Position numbers and translations under genes: made by a program. The notes beneath the pieces are model-generated. The model ran no database searches, was not told the DNA's origin, and saw only the letters and a program-made list of their open reading frames with translations. A stretch of 63,242 bases of DNA, counting the filler, from Octopus bimaculoides (lineage: Eukaryota): the NCBI RefSeq assembly GCF_001194135.2. It is 7 parts of 7 records of this genome, joined end to end, with 100 filler letters (N's around TTAATTAATTAA, not from the genome) between each part and the next. Parts side by side here need not be neighbours in the genome. Positions count along the whole stretch, not along the records: positions 33,681 to 40,365 come from NC_068983.1; positions 40,466 to 43,969 come from NC_068992.1; positions 44,070 to 60,358 come from NC_069009.1; 4 more parts are not named here. One strand, 5' to 3'. This document shows, in pieces, positions 36,957 to 50,197 of the stretch; positions within the stretch are counted from its first letter, which is position 1; every line of letters begins with the position of its first letter.

Positions 36957-37148
36957 CCTGTGTTTGTCCCCCTACCATCGCTTGACACCAATGTTAGTGT
37001 GTTTATGCCACCGTAACTTCATGGTTTAGCAAAAGAGAACGATAGAATAAGTACTAGGCTTACAAAGAGTAAGTCCTGGGGTTGATTTCTTCGACTAAAG
37101 ACGGTGCTCCAGCATGACCGCAGTCAAATCACTGAAACAAGTAAAAGA

Positions 37149-37149
<1 letters not shown>
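36768..37149 (+). mobile_element. SINE family A/B, near-complete (head, internal microsatellite, 3' half)
   Basis: Head to GAAGCCCGTCG, (TA)(TG) tract, then GATAGAATAAGTACTAGG...CTGGGGTTGAT...GGTGCTCCAGCATG...CTGAAACAAGTAAAAGA. Confidence 0.88.
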
Positions 37150-37210
<61 letters not shown>

Positions 37211-37212
<2 letters not shown>

Positions 37213-37365
37213 CTGTGTGGTAAAAAGCTTGCTTCCCAACCACATAATTCCGAATTCAGTCCCACTGCGTGGCACTTGGACAAGAGTCTTCTACTATAGC
37301 CTCGGGTCGACCAAAGCCTTGCGAGTGGTATTTAGTAGAGGGAAACTGAAAAAATCCCGTTTATA
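37211..37365 (+). mobile_element. SINE family A/B, 5' half
   Basis: CTGTGTGGTAAAAAGC...TCAGTCCCACTGCGTGGCACTTGGACAAG...GGAAACTG. Confidence 0.8.
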
Positions 37366-37894
37366 TGTACACATACACACACACACACACACACACATTA
37401 ACCATGGGCATACATATGCAAACATATTATGCTCATAAATTATAGGTGAAAACAAGGATAAACATGGGGTTTATCAACCATCAAAATTTAAGGTAGACAG
37501 AAATGGAGAAATATCGATGAAAAACAATTGACTTATATCAATTATTATTTATTGATTCAATAAAAAGATACTGCAATTATTATTATTTATTATTAATTAC
37601 AGCCGTTTCTGCTTCCAATGTTGTATGGGTTTGCCATAGTGATATGCTAAAGATATTTATCCTATTTGGTAATAAAACCGATCTGAAGCATGAAGCTTGA
37701 TCAGAGTGAAAAATAAATAAAGAACATAGAGAAAATGGGAAAAGTTGGATACAATTTTGCATGCGTATCTCTGTGGGACGTTAAGTAAATATATTTGTAT
37801 TGAATTAATAAATACTAATTGATGTAAGTCAATTGTTGTTCATCGATAGCTCTCCATTTTCTGTCTTTAAATTATATATACATTCTTCTTTTTT

Positions 37895-38143
37895 CTTCTT
37901 TTACTTGTTTCAGTCATTTGACTGCGGCCATGCTGGGGCACCACTTTAAACGATGTTAGTCGAAGAAATCGACCCCAAGACTTATTCTTTGTAAGCTTAG
38001 TATTTATTCTATCGATCTCTTTTGCCGAACTGCATAAACTTTCCAGCATCGGCTGTCAAGCGGTGGTGGAGGGACAAACAGAGACATACATACAAATATA
38101 TACATAAACATACACACACAAACACACACATACATGTCTGTAT
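37895..38143 (-). mobile_element. SINE family A/B, 3' half; head lost in gap
   Basis: Reverse complement of the tail, CTTTTACTTGTTTCAGTCATTTGACTGCGGCCATGCTGG, followed by CA repeats running into Ns. Confidence 0.85.
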
Positions 38144-38523
38144 NNNNNNNNNNNNNNNNNNNNNNNNNNNNNNNNNNNNNNNNNNNNNNNNNNNNNNNNN
38201 NNNNNNNNNNNNNNNNNNNNNNNNNNNNNNNNNNNNNNNNNNNNNNNNNNNNNNNNNNNNNNNNNNNNNNNNNNNNNNNNNNNNNNNNNNNNNNNNNNNN
38301 NNNNNNNNNNNNNNNNNNNNNNNNNNNNNNNNNNNNNNNNNNNNNNNNNNNNNNNNNNNNNNNNNNNNNNNNNNNNNNNNNNNNNNNNNNNNNNNNNNNN
38401 NNNNNNNNNNNNNNNNNNNNNNNNNNNNNNNNNNNNNNNNNNNNNNNNNNNNNNNNNNNNNNNNNNNNNNNNNNNNNNNNNNNNNNNNNNNNNNNNNNNN
38501 NNNNNNNNNNNNNNNNNNNNNNN

Positions 38524-38606
<83 letters not shown>

Positions 38607-39358
38607 AAGATATGGATGTATGTATGTACTTATATGTATGTACTTATATATATATATAGATGCATATCTATATACATAAGTACATGTGTATATATATGTA
38701 TATATACATGTATATACATACATGTATGTATATATTCATATATGAAAGTTTGCGTATTAGAATCTGTATTATTACAACACATTGTTCTTCAACAGCTTAC
38801 ATTTTCACAATTTATAATTACATACGCATTCTACCTTCTCGAACACCTACATGTATGTGTTACAGACATATATGATATGCAGCAACAACAGCCGCACTAC
38901 CCCCCCCCCACCCACCACCACCACCACCATATTATTGGCTATGGTTGTTATATAACTAATTTTTCACCTTCTGTATGTTTTCCTCTTAATTTATNNNNNN
39001 NNNNNNNNNNNNNNNNNNNNNNNNNNNNNNNNNNNNNNNNNNNNNNNNNNNNNNNNNNNNNNNNNNNNNNNNNNNNNNNNNNNNNNNNNNNNNNNNNNNN
39101 NNNNNNNNNNNNNNNNNNNNNNNNNNNNNNNNNNNNNNNNNNNNNNNNNNNNNNNNNNNNNNNNNNNNNNNNNNNNNNNNNNNNNNNNNNNNNNNNNNNN
39201 NNNNNNNNNNNNNNNNNNNNNNNNNNNNNNNNNNNNNNNNNNNNNNNNNNNNNNNNNNNNNNNNNNNNNNNNNNNNNNNNNNNNNNNNNNNNNNNNNNNN
39301 NNNNNNNTATATATATATATATATATGCATACATATATATGTAGGGAAGAGAGAGATA

Positions 39359-39426
<68 letters not shown>

Positions 39427-40465
39427 ATATATGAAAGCTAAGAAAACTTGAAAATTGAAACTGAATTTGTATTTAATACTTGGAATGAACGGAAAATGTG
39501 TTTTACTTTCTTCCGATTTTTCATTCTATTATTCTATATTATTTATCTATTTATTGTTTGTTTTTTTGTTTTTTATTATTAACAAAATATGATTACAGAA
39601 AATTAAAAATGAAATACAAATGGATAATTAAAATTTGAGAAAATTATAAAATAAAAAATAATACGAATATTTTAACCTCCAGCTATGAAAATTTTGTACT
39701 TATATATCTGTATAGGTATGCAACATGGTTATGTATTTTGTAAAATAAGTCTTAATAGAAAAGGAGACTGTCTGTGCATAGAGACACTGCTCTGTGTTAT
39801 TTTGCATAAGTAACTTGTTTAAGAGATAAAAATAAACCCACTTAGCCTATGGTGTATAGTTTGGAATATATTTCTACTGACACCTTTGGCGATAACCGAG
39901 ACCTTTGGTGATATACTGTGCTTGAGAAGACTTATCAAGCTAAGTGAAATTGCAGCCAATGTCGTTGCCGGTGAGACGTAACTGGTTTATGAAAGTCATC
40001 CAGCCATAGAAATGGAGTATCCAGTGGCCCGGGAACAAAATTTGCTTAGGGGGTGCAAATTTGGCACTACTGGAGAAGTGTGGATCCGAGTTCTGGGAGT
40101 GTGCATGTCACAAATTTGCGCATGCGCCCGTGTTAGTCGTAAGTAGTCAAATTTAGCACACAGGTAAAAAACGAGACGCTCGTTACTTGCTGTAAATGGA
40201 GGGTGGGTTATCCATCTAATACAAGAAGAAAATTGCAGATTAATTGAATAAAAACATGAAAAATAACAAAATGACATTTCATTGAAAAGTAAACCATTCT
40301 GAAAGATAGTTCAGAATCTTTTCAAAACATTCATCTCCAGCTTTTCCCATATTTTATTAAGGGTTNNNNNNNNNNNNNNNNNNNNNNNNNNNNNNNNNNN
40401 NNNNNNNNNTTAATTAATTAANNNNNNNNNNNNNNNNNNNNNNNNNNNNNNNNNNNNNNNNNNNN

Positions 40466-40741
40466 TGGAAACATGGGTGTTTTGCTCAACATCCTTAAAC
40501 AAACCTTATTCAGGGACCTTTTGAGCAGGATGGGCTACTCGACCTGAAGAAAATTCTAACTGGACCCCACCTGCGAGGTCATGTGCTGTTTATCTTGATA
40601 TGAGATCACCGTGTCGCGCATGTATGGTTGTGATGCATGTGCCTGGTGTACCCTTATCAGACAGGTAGTCATGATGGGTATACTGGGCTTTGTATATTTT
40701 ACCCCAGTGTCACTTTGATGGCATGCACTGCTCTCTCACTC
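40466..40741 (+). mobile_element. Element D, 3' half (gap-truncated), (AAT)n tail
   Basis: Ends GGCATGCACTGCTCTCTCACTC then AATAATAACAATAATAAT. Confidence 0.88.
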
Positions 40742-40774
40742 AATAATAACAATAATAATAATAATGATAATAAA

Positions 40775-41012
40775 TGCCCTGACGCAGTACCAGGCATTGG
40801 CTCTCATGGCTTCTGATCTTAACTAATGTTAGAAGTGTTATCATGTACATTGCTTTGTCTTGGTTTAAAAGATGGACGACAGCAAATATTCTGCTCATTA
40901 GCACAGAATTGCTTGTTAGTTATCTGACTTCAGCCAGTTGAGTATGTCCCTTATTGGCTGACGATATGTGCATTTCTGATCACAAGCTAGGGTAGTGGGG
41001 GAGCATCATAGC
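40775..41012 (+). mobile_element. Element D, 5' portion, in tandem with the previous copy
   Basis: Starts TGCCCTGACGCAGTACCAGG directly after the (AAT)n; breaks at a reversed SINE C head at ~41013-41083. Confidence 0.85.
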
Positions 41013-41083
41013 GGTTAGTGACGGGCGAAATACCACTAAGGATTTTGCCCGGCGTGACAACGATTCTGCCTGTTCGCCGTCTT

Positions 41084-41121
<38 letters not shown>

Positions 41122-41129
41122 TAATAATA

Positions 41130-41362
41130 AACCCCAACTATTAGTATCCTTTCTACTGAAGGCACAAGACCACAAAATTTTTGGGGAGGGTACTAGTCGA
41201 TTACATCGACACCAGTGTTTCACTGGTACTTAATTTATCGACCCCGAGAGAATAAAAGGCAAAGTCGACCTCGGCGGAATTTGAACTGAGAACGTAGCGA
41301 CAGGCGAAATACCACTAAGCATTTCGCCCAGCATGCTAACGATTCTGTCTGTTCGCCGCCTT
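41130..41362 (-). mobile_element. SINE family C, between ATT-type microsatellites
   Basis: Reverse head GGCGGCGAACAGACAGAATCGTTAGC, CAGTTCAAATTCCGCCGAGGTCGACTTTGCC, tail TCTTGTGCCTTCAGTAGAAAGG. Confidence 0.88.
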
Positions 41363-41365
41363 TAA

Positions 41366-41437
<72 letters not shown>

Positions 41438-41988
41438 AATAAACCACAACAACAAGTATAATAGAAAATTTTAAAAATACTTACAATATCTATTGATTCT
41501 TTTTTTCTGAAACATAATCCGGTGAGAAGTCCCATTACGTACTCGTNNNNNNNNNNTATATATATATATATATATATATATTTCTATATACACAGCAATT
41601 TATCTGTGTATGTATGTATGTGTCTATCTATCTATATACACATATATATACAGATAAAGAGAGAGATTTGGAGACAACGAGTGAAACTGTGAGAAAGAGT
41701 GATGCTCTACATATAATGTATGTTACTAAAAAGGCGGCTTTGTTGAGAGAGTTAAAATTAACAGGTGTATATGTACAACAAGAATTGAAATCGACAGGTA
41801 AGGAGTGTATATACAAAACTATGCTTCTATAAATCTTTTTATGCATATGAATATAAATATTTCAGTTTACTGGAACACGATAATGAATTTTACGAAATCA
41901 ATTGTAGTCGTAAGTTCACCAAGCGTCCTGGTTTTGTCCTGGTTTTGAGAGCCAGCCAATAAAATTTCAATTTCTGTTTGTCTGTCTG

Positions 41989-42034
<46 letters not shown>

Positions 42035-42089
42035 ACTCTCTCTCTCTCCCTCCCTCCCCCCTCTCTCTCTCTCTCTCTCCCTCACTTTC

Positions 42090-42131
<42 letters not shown>

Positions 42132-42134
<3 letters not shown>

Positions 42135-43719
42135 TACTATCTAAAAGTTTAAGATCACATAAAATTATTTTGAAAAACATCTATGAAATGGAAACAAGTG
42201 AGAAATTATGGTGAATTTTTTTTAGTAATGTATTGTTGCATTCGTTGGGTGACATTATTAACTCAACAACCAAACAAAACTGTGAAAAACCAGAGGAAAA
42301 CTCTAAATCTTAGGCTCATCGAAATATCTGTTCTCAAAGATCACTGCGGATCTTACTCTGAGCATTCTTTCAAGCAATGAAAGTAAATATTCACTGGCAA
42401 TATTTTGCCATTGCTCTTGTAAGAATGCCCAGAGCGTTTCTGCACTACTACTTGGTTGTTGCTTTTTGACTCTGCGGTCCAATTCATGCTACACAATTTC
42501 GATGGGATAGCAGTCGGAGGATTGGCTGGCCTTTCCATTACAGTTCATCCATTTTCCACTGTAAATAGTTTGTTTTGCATAGCTTAGACGTATGCTCAGG
42601 ATCATTATTTTGCATCAGCATGAAATTATCACCGATCAACCTCGTCCCAAATGGAATGACATGACGTTGGAGGATAGAGTGATACCCGTTTTGGTTCAGT
42701 ATTCCTGTCACCCGATGGATATCTTCAACACTATTGGCTGCAAAACACCTCCAGATCATCACACTTCCCCCACCATGCTTTACAGTTGGAACAATACTCT
42801 CAGGAGTCATCCGTTCGGTAATTCCTCGCCTCGCATAAATTCTTCCTGGGATCCGAAGATTTCAAATTTTGATTCATCAGTCCAGAGGACTCGTTACCAT
42901 TGGTCAACGGTCCACGTTTGGTATTTTCTGGCCCACATGAGTCGTTTACGTTTATTCACAGGTGGAAGCAGTGGTTTTTCTGGCAGTGCAACGGCCATTT
43001 AGACCAGCAGTAATGAGTCTTTGCTCCACTCTTGTAGGAGATACATTAGCTTCGCCGGCTTCACTTACTTGTACAGTAATTTCATTTGCTGTTAGGCACC
43101 TATTTTGAGTGACTCTAATGAACTTATCCTGTGATTTAGAAGTCACTTTTGGACGGCCTGACTGAGCTCTATCATTATTTTTTTCTGTTTCATTATACAT
43201 TACAATGGCGGAGCAGACGGAAGTGTAGGAAACTTTAAGCTTTTTAGCTATATCTCGAAAGCAACATCCTTCTCTACATAATATGACAATGTATTATCTC
43301 TTTCCAGGTGATAAATTACAGGTTTTTCCCATATTTAGGTTGACTTTTAGGAATTTCACTAATTTTACTCATTATTGTTTTACCCGAAAGAAACAATAAC
43401 ACATTTAACAGTCATTAAGTGATGTTATCTCAACCGACAGCACATAAGCAGTGGAAATAATCAAAATTTTGCCAAGAAGTAGACGCTAAAATGCTTTTGA
43501 CAACATTGCCAAATAGGCTTGCCGTCAAGAAATACGATCATTTGCATATAAAATATGTATAAATAGCGCTATTCCATATCGAATAAACGCCAAACTTTAT
43601 GCAATATATTATTCCATATTTTTATACCCTGCAAAAAGGATCTAAATCAATTACATTGAGATAAAAATCCCACTTTGAAAAAATTTTTATAGGTGATCTT
43701 AAACTTTTGGATACTAATG
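42132..43719 (-). mobile_element. Full-length decayed Tc1-family DNA transposon (~1.59 kb); transposase ~43332 to ~42310
   Basis: TIRs CACTACTATCTAAAAGTTTAAGATCAC / CATTAGTATCCAAAAGTTTAAGATCAC, TA at right end; HTH IAKKLKVS, SGRPKVTS, WTDESKFEIFGS, VKHGGGSVMIW, QNNDPEHTSK, SQSSDCYPIE; stops and frameshifts. Confidence 0.95.
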
Positions 43720-44069
43720 TATTATATTTATATATAATGATATGGAGAATGGATATTTTTCATATCTATAATTCTATTAAATAGTTATTTATATCATTCT
43801 TTTCTGGACTTACGCCCGTTTCAACTGCAGTCCTGAGCAGGACGCTCGCATTTACCAAACATGAATAGTCACCAGTCTAGCAACTTATTGCTAACTTGTG
43901 GTTAGCCGGCATCTGAAACTGATTTATGAGGAAAATATATATCCCTTTAAACTTACATATATATATATANNNNNNNNNNNNNNNNNNNNNNNNNNNNNNN
44001 NNNNNNNNNNNNNTTAATTAATTAANNNNNNNNNNNNNNNNNNNNNNNNNNNNNNNNNNNNNNNNNNNN

Positions 44070-44377
44070 TTATCTATCTATCTATCTATCCATCTATCTA
44101 TCTATCTATCTATCCATCCATTTATCTATCTATCTATCTATCTATCTATCCATCCTTTTATCTATCCATCCATCCATCCATCCTTTTATCTATCTATCTA
44201 TCTATCTATCCATCCATCCATCCATCCTTTTATCTATCTATCTATCTATCTATCCATCCATCCATTTATCTATCTATCTATCTATCCATCCTTTTATCTA
44301 TCTATCTATCCATCCATCCTTTTATCTATCTATCTATCCATCCATCCTTTTATCTATCTATCTATCCATCCATCCTT

Positions 44378-44408
<31 letters not shown>
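44070..44408. repeat. Compound (TATC)n/(CATC)n repeat with recurring CCTTTT interruptions
   Basis: Direct reading. Confidence 0.95.
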
Positions 44409-44571
44409 AGTCTATGTGTATATGTATAAATGTGTACATGTGTCCGAGTGTACGTTTACGTACGTATATATGTACATCTTTACTCACACATATAGTTCAA
44501 GATATATACTCATATACGTAAATGATCATACATATGTATGTGCGTATATATATATATATACAAATATATAT

Positions 44572-44615
<44 letters not shown>

Positions 44616-45818
44616 TCTCACGTAAATTAAAGTTTTGGGAGGAGCTATATCGCTAGCTTGTATTATAACAGGAAACGCATTTTTTACTCGCTGCTGTATT
44701 TCTGTTCCTTTTCTTGTTAAAAGATAATGAAGACCTACATAAGATCTTAAAGGATTTTTTTAAGGGAGTGCGTGGGGTTCCCCCCCCCCTTTCTTTATCT
44801 ATTTTTTAATTATGTTTTATTTGTGCTTTTTCTTAAATTATATTTATATTGTTTCTTATATTTTTTATGTCTTACTCCTTTCAAAATGGCGGTTAGTGTG
44901 TGAGAAAAAAGATATTTTGTAGACAGAGAAATGACAGCTATATANNNNNNNNNNNNNNNNNNNNNNNNNNNNNNNNNNNNNNNNNNNNNNNNNNNNNNNN
45001 NNNNNNNNNNNNNNNNNNNNNNNNNNNNNNNNNNNNNNNNNNNNNNNNNNNNNNNNNNNNNNNNNNNNNNNNNNNNNNNNNNNNNNNNNNNNNNNNNNNN
45101 NNNNNNNNNNNNNNNNNNNNNNNNNNNNNNNNNNNNNNNNNNNNNNNNNNNNNNNNNNNNNNNNNNNNNNNNNNNNNNNNNNNNNNNNNNNNNNNNNNNN
45201 NNNNNNNNNNNNNNNNNNNNNNNNNNNNNNNNNNNNNNNNNNNNNNNNNNNNNNNNNNNNNNNNNNNNNNNNNNNNNNNNNNNNNNNNNNNNNNNNNNNN
45301 NNNNNNNNNNNNNNNNNNNNNNNNNNNNNNNNNNNNNNNNNNNNNNNNNNNNNNNNNNNNNNNNNNNNNNNNNNNNNNNNNNNNNNNNNNNNNNNNNNNN
45401 NNNNNNNNNNNNNNNNNNNNNNNNNNNNNNNNNNNNNNNNNNNNNNNNNNNNNNNNNNNNNNNNNNNNNNNNNNNNNNNNNNNNNNNNNNNNNNNNNNNN
45501 NNNNNNNNNNNNNNNNNNNNNNNNNNNNNNNNNNNNNNNNNNNNNNNNNNNNNNNNNNNNNNNNNNNNNNNNNNNNNNNNNNNNNNNNNNNNNNNNNNNN
45601 NNNNNNNNNNNNNNNNNNNNNNNNNNNNNNNNNNNNNNNNNNNNNNNNNNNNNNNNNNNNNNNNNNNNNNNNNNNNNNNNNNAGCCGATTACATCGTACT
45701 CCTGTGCTTGATGGGTACATTTAAGTCTGAAAGGCAAAGTTGACCTGGGCGGTTCTCAAACGATGGCGCGACAAACACAAACCCGAAGACACACACGTGC
45801 AGCCACATAATATATATA

Positions 45819-46010
45819 GGCGCAGGCGTGGCTGTGTGGTAAGAAGTTTGCTTCCCAACCGCATATTTCGGGTTCAGTCCCACTGCGTGGCACCTTAGGT
45901 GGGTGTCTTCTACTATAGCCTCAGGCAGACCAAAGCCTTGTGAGTGGATTTGGTGAACGGAAAATGAAAAGAGGACCGTTGTATATCTATAAATACATAC
46001 TTATATAAAC

Positions 46011-46098
<88 letters not shown>

Positions 46099-46258
46099 TG
46101 TGTGTGTGTGTGTGTGTGTGATATTGGTATGTGTATGTGCCCGTAAATTAGCAAAAGAGTTCAAAAGAGACCGATAGAATAAGTCCTGGGATCGATTCCT
46201 TCGACTAAAGGTGGTACTCCAGCATGGCCGCATTCAAATGACTAAAACAAGAAAAGAA
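45819..46258 (+). mobile_element. SINE family A/B, complete outline with expanded internal (TA)(TG)
   Basis: GGCGCAGGCGTGGCTGTGTGG head; 3' GGTACTCCAGCATGGCCGCATTCAAATGACTAAAACAAG. Confidence 0.88.
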
Positions 46259-46276
46259 TATTTATGCGCACACACA

Positions 46277-46308
<32 letters not shown>

Positions 46309-46334
46309 AATATATGTATATATACGTATATATA

Positions 46335-46770
46335 TCATCACCATCATCATCATTTAACGTCTGCTTTCCATGCTGGCATGGATCGGATTGTTTGATACGA
46401 ACTAAGAATGGTCAGAGGCCGTGCCAGATTCCATAGTCAGTTTTGGTTTGATTTCTACGGCTGGATACCCTTCCATACGCCAACCACCCAACAGAGTGAA
46501 CTGGGTGCTTTTCCAATGACACCAGGACTTATTCTTTTTACGTGCCTCCAACACCAACACGTTTTACGTGGCACCATCACTAGCAATTTTTACATGGCAC
46601 TATCACCAGCTCTTTTTATGTGGCACCATCACCAGCGCCTTTTTTACAAGGCACTATCACCTATACATTCTGCATAGCACCATCATTATTGCTTTTCACG
46701 TAGCACCGTCTCAAATGATTCTTACGCGGAACCATCATCAGCGCTTTTTACGTGGCCCATTCATCAAATC
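46335..46770 (-). mobile_element. Retroposon 3'UTR (same family as 7609-7776) with ~21-bp internal tandem repeats
   Basis: CATCATCATTTAACGTCTGCTTTCCATGCTGGCATGG, then repeated TTTTACGTGGCACCATCAC-like units at ~46535-46760. Confidence 0.7.
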
Positions 46771-47997
46771 AACTCCCAAGTTACGGGTTATCCCGGGCCT
46801 ATAATAGAAGACACTTGCGCAATGTGTCACGCGGCGAAAAGGAACTGAACTTGAAATCATAGTCATTCCTTTTGGGGTCGATATAATCAACTACTTTCTA
46901 ATTAAGACCAGAACTTTGAAAGTGTATGTGGTGGGGGTTGCATACATTCCAGGTACGTCGCGAAAGAAATTGGAGGTGAACAGATGAAAAAAAATGTTGT
47001 TCTCTGATTGAGGCACAATGACAGAAATTTTGAGGGGAGGGGTTTTAATGGATGCCACCGACCCCAATACTTGACAGCACACCTTTGATGCANNNNNNNN
47101 NNNNNNNNNNNNNNNNNNNNNNNNNNNNNNNNNNNNNNNNNNNNNNNNNNNNNNNNNNNNNNNNNNNNNNNNNNNNNNNNNNNNNNNNNNNNNNNNNNNN
47201 NNNNNNNNNNNNNNNNNNNNNNNNNNNNNNNNNNNNNNNNNNNNNNNNNNNNNNNNNNNNNNNNNNNNNNNNNNNNNNNNNNNNNNNNNNNNNNNNNNNN
47301 NNNNNNNNNNNNNNNNNNNNNNNNNNNNNNNNNNNNNNNNNNNNNNNNNNNNNNNNNNNNNNNNNNNNNNNNNNNNNNNNNNNNNNNNNNNNNNNNNNNN
47401 NNNNNNNNNNNNNNNNNNNNNNNNNNNNNNNNNNNNNNNNNNNNNNNNNNNNNNNNNNNNNNNNNNNNNNNNNNNNNNNNNNNNNNNNNNNNNNNNNNNN
47501 NNNNNNNNNNNNNNNNNNNNNNNNNNNNNNNNNNNNNNNNNNNNNNNNNNNNNNNNNNNNNNNNNNNNNNNNNNNNNNNNNNNNNNNNNNNNNNNNNNNN
47601 NNNNNNNNNNNNNNNNNNNNNNNNNNNNNNNNNNNNNNNNNNNNNNNNNNNNNNNNNNNNNNNNNNNNNNNNNNNNNNNNNNNNNNNNNNNNNNNNNNNN
47701 NNNNNNNNNNNNNNNNNNNNNNNNNNNNNNNNNNNNNNNNNNNNNNNNNNNNNNNNNNNNNNNNNNNNNNNNNNNNNNNNNNNNNNNNNNNNNNNNNNNN
47801 NNNNNNNNNNNNNNNNNNNNNNNNNNNNNNNNNNNNNNNNNNNNNNNNNNNNNNNNNNNNNNNNNNNNNNNNNNNNNNNNNNNNNTAGAACCATGTGGTT
47901 GGAAAGCAAACTTCTTACCACACAGCCACGCCTGCTTATACTAATAAAAGAAATGCCTACTAATCGATACTTCGGGCCCAACAAATGATAATATTTC

Positions 47998-48340
47998 TCT
48001 AAAATTATGTAAATATAAAGATCTGAAAATAAAGATAACACAAATGTGGTCTTGTAAACAAAACATATAATTAGAGGTGATTTGGGAATGCTCAGAAACA
48101 TGCAGACAAATACATAGCCAAAAACCTTGGAGATATATGTTTGTATAACATACAGAAAATAGCATGCTAGGTACTGTGTGTATATTATGTAGGGTACTTC
48201 CGATGCAGTAAAAATATGGAAAACCAAAACAAAACGCTGCATATACCCAAGGGACTCAGAGCTGTACTCGGCAGTGCAATGAAGGCAATGCACAGAAACA
48301 AGACAACTGAATAATAATGATGATGATGATGATGATGGTG
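47998..48340 (+). mobile_element. R4/Dong-clade 3' fragment (decayed)
   Basis: KLCKYKDLKIKITQMW..., IQKIAC.GT; 3'UTR ATACCCAAGGGACTCAGAGCTGTACTCGGCAGTG resembles 56940-56970; AATAAT/GAT tail. Confidence 0.75.
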
Positions 48341-48596
48341 AGAAGTGTCTTGGGATTAATTAGAAGCATTATGGCATATAGGGGTGTGTGTGCTTGCGCG
48401 TGCCCGTCAGATGAAGAAAAAAGAACTACTAGAGGGGTACAGCGGTGGCAGTCGGTTTAAAAGATCACGTAGTCTCAACTCTGATTCTACCGTGTGCCAC
48501 GTTAGGCAAGTTTCTTTTTCTATAACATAGGAACGGCAGGTTCCTTTTACTGAAAGTGATAAATATATATACACATGCATGTATGTCTACGTATGT

Positions 48597-48658
<62 letters not shown>

Positions 48659-48899
48659 GAATGTATAAACACACACACACACACACACACACACGTGTGT
48701 GTGTGTCTTTTTATGTATGTGTATTCTATGAGTGTGTGCATGTGTCTTTCGGCCTGCATGTATGTGTGTGTGTTGATAATTTAAGCCATGCCTGATGAAA
48801 TAGTCTGGTTATTTTCTTTTATAATGTAATATATTGACATGAAAATAAGTAACCATTCCAATGGAAACGTACGTAACGGTTGAAAAGATTTCTTCTTCT

Positions 48900-48919
48900 T
48901 CTTATTATTATTATTGCTA

Positions 48920-48956
<37 letters not shown>

Positions 48957-49665
48957 TATTACTATTTTTATTATTATCATTATTATTATTACTATTTTTA
49001 TTATTATCATTATTATTATTATTATCATTATTATTATTACTATTTTTATTATTATCATCATTATTATTATTATCATTATTATTATTATTATCATTATTAT
49101 TATTACTATTTTTATTATTATCATTATTATTATTATTATCATTATTATTATTATTATCATTATTATTATTACTATTTTTATTATTATCATTATTATTATT
49201 ACTATTTTTATTATTATCATTNNNNNNNNNNNNNNNNNNNNNNNNNNNNNNNNNNNNNNNNNNNNNNNNNNNNNNNNNNNNNNNNNNNNNNNNNNNNNNN
49301 NNNNNNNNNNNNNNNNNNNNNNNNNNNNNNNNNNNNNNNNNNNNNNNNNNNNNNNNNNNNNNNNNNNNNNNNNNNNNNNNNNNNNNNNNNNNNNNNNNNN
49401 NNNNNNNNNNNNNNNNNNNNNNNNNNNNNNNNNNNNNNNNNNNNNNNNNNNNNNNNNNNNNNNNNNNNNNNNNNTATTACTATTTTTATTATTATCATTA
49501 TTATTATTATTATCATTATTATTATTATTATTATTATTATTGTTGTTATTATTATTATTATTATCATTATTATTATTATTATCATTATTATTATTACTAT
49601 TTTTATTATTATCATTATTATTATCATTATTATCATTATTATTATCATCATCATCATCATCATTG
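48900..49665. repeat. (ATT/ATC)n microsatellite with periodic ACTATTTTT interruptions, spanning a gap
   Basis: ATTATTACTATTTTTATTATTATC recurs many times. Confidence 0.93.
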
Positions 49666-49677
49666 TTGTTGTTGTTG

Positions 49678-49896
49678 AAGTGACGAACTGACGGAATCGT
49701 TAGCGAGCGAGACTAAATGCTTATCGGTGCATTATCCGTCTTTAGGTTCTGAGTTCAAATCCCGCTAAGATCGACTTTGCCTTTTACCTTTTTAGCATTT
49801 CAGCATCGATAAAATAAGTACCAGTGAAATACTGGGGTTGATATAATCGACTATCGCTTCTCCTTAAAACTGCTGGCCTTGTGCCAAAATTTGAAT
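49678..49896 (+). mobile_element. Degenerate SINE family C
   Basis: GGAATCGTTAGC, GAGTTCAAATCCCGC, GATAAAATAAGTACCAGTGAAATACTGGGGTTGAT, GGCCTTGTGCCAAAATTTGA. Confidence 0.8.
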
Positions 49897-50157
49897 ATAT
49901 ATATATGCTTAGCCACATAGACACACACATGCATACACACGCACACACACATACACATACACACACACACTCACACACAAATACACACACGTATGCACAT
50001 ACATACTCACACTCACATGCACACGCACACAGACACACGCATACGTGCACACACACACACACACACATAACTACATATACACTGCACACCCAATGCTGTA
50101 CACGAATTTCACAGACATACCATATAATGTATGCACAGACATACGCACGCACGCACA

Positions 50158-50189
<32 letters not shown>

Positions 50190-50197
50190 CACACAAA

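Noticed and set aside
40020-40200. Possible DNA-transposon end (CAGTGGCCC...)
   Set aside because: No matching opposite TIR or TSD before the gap.
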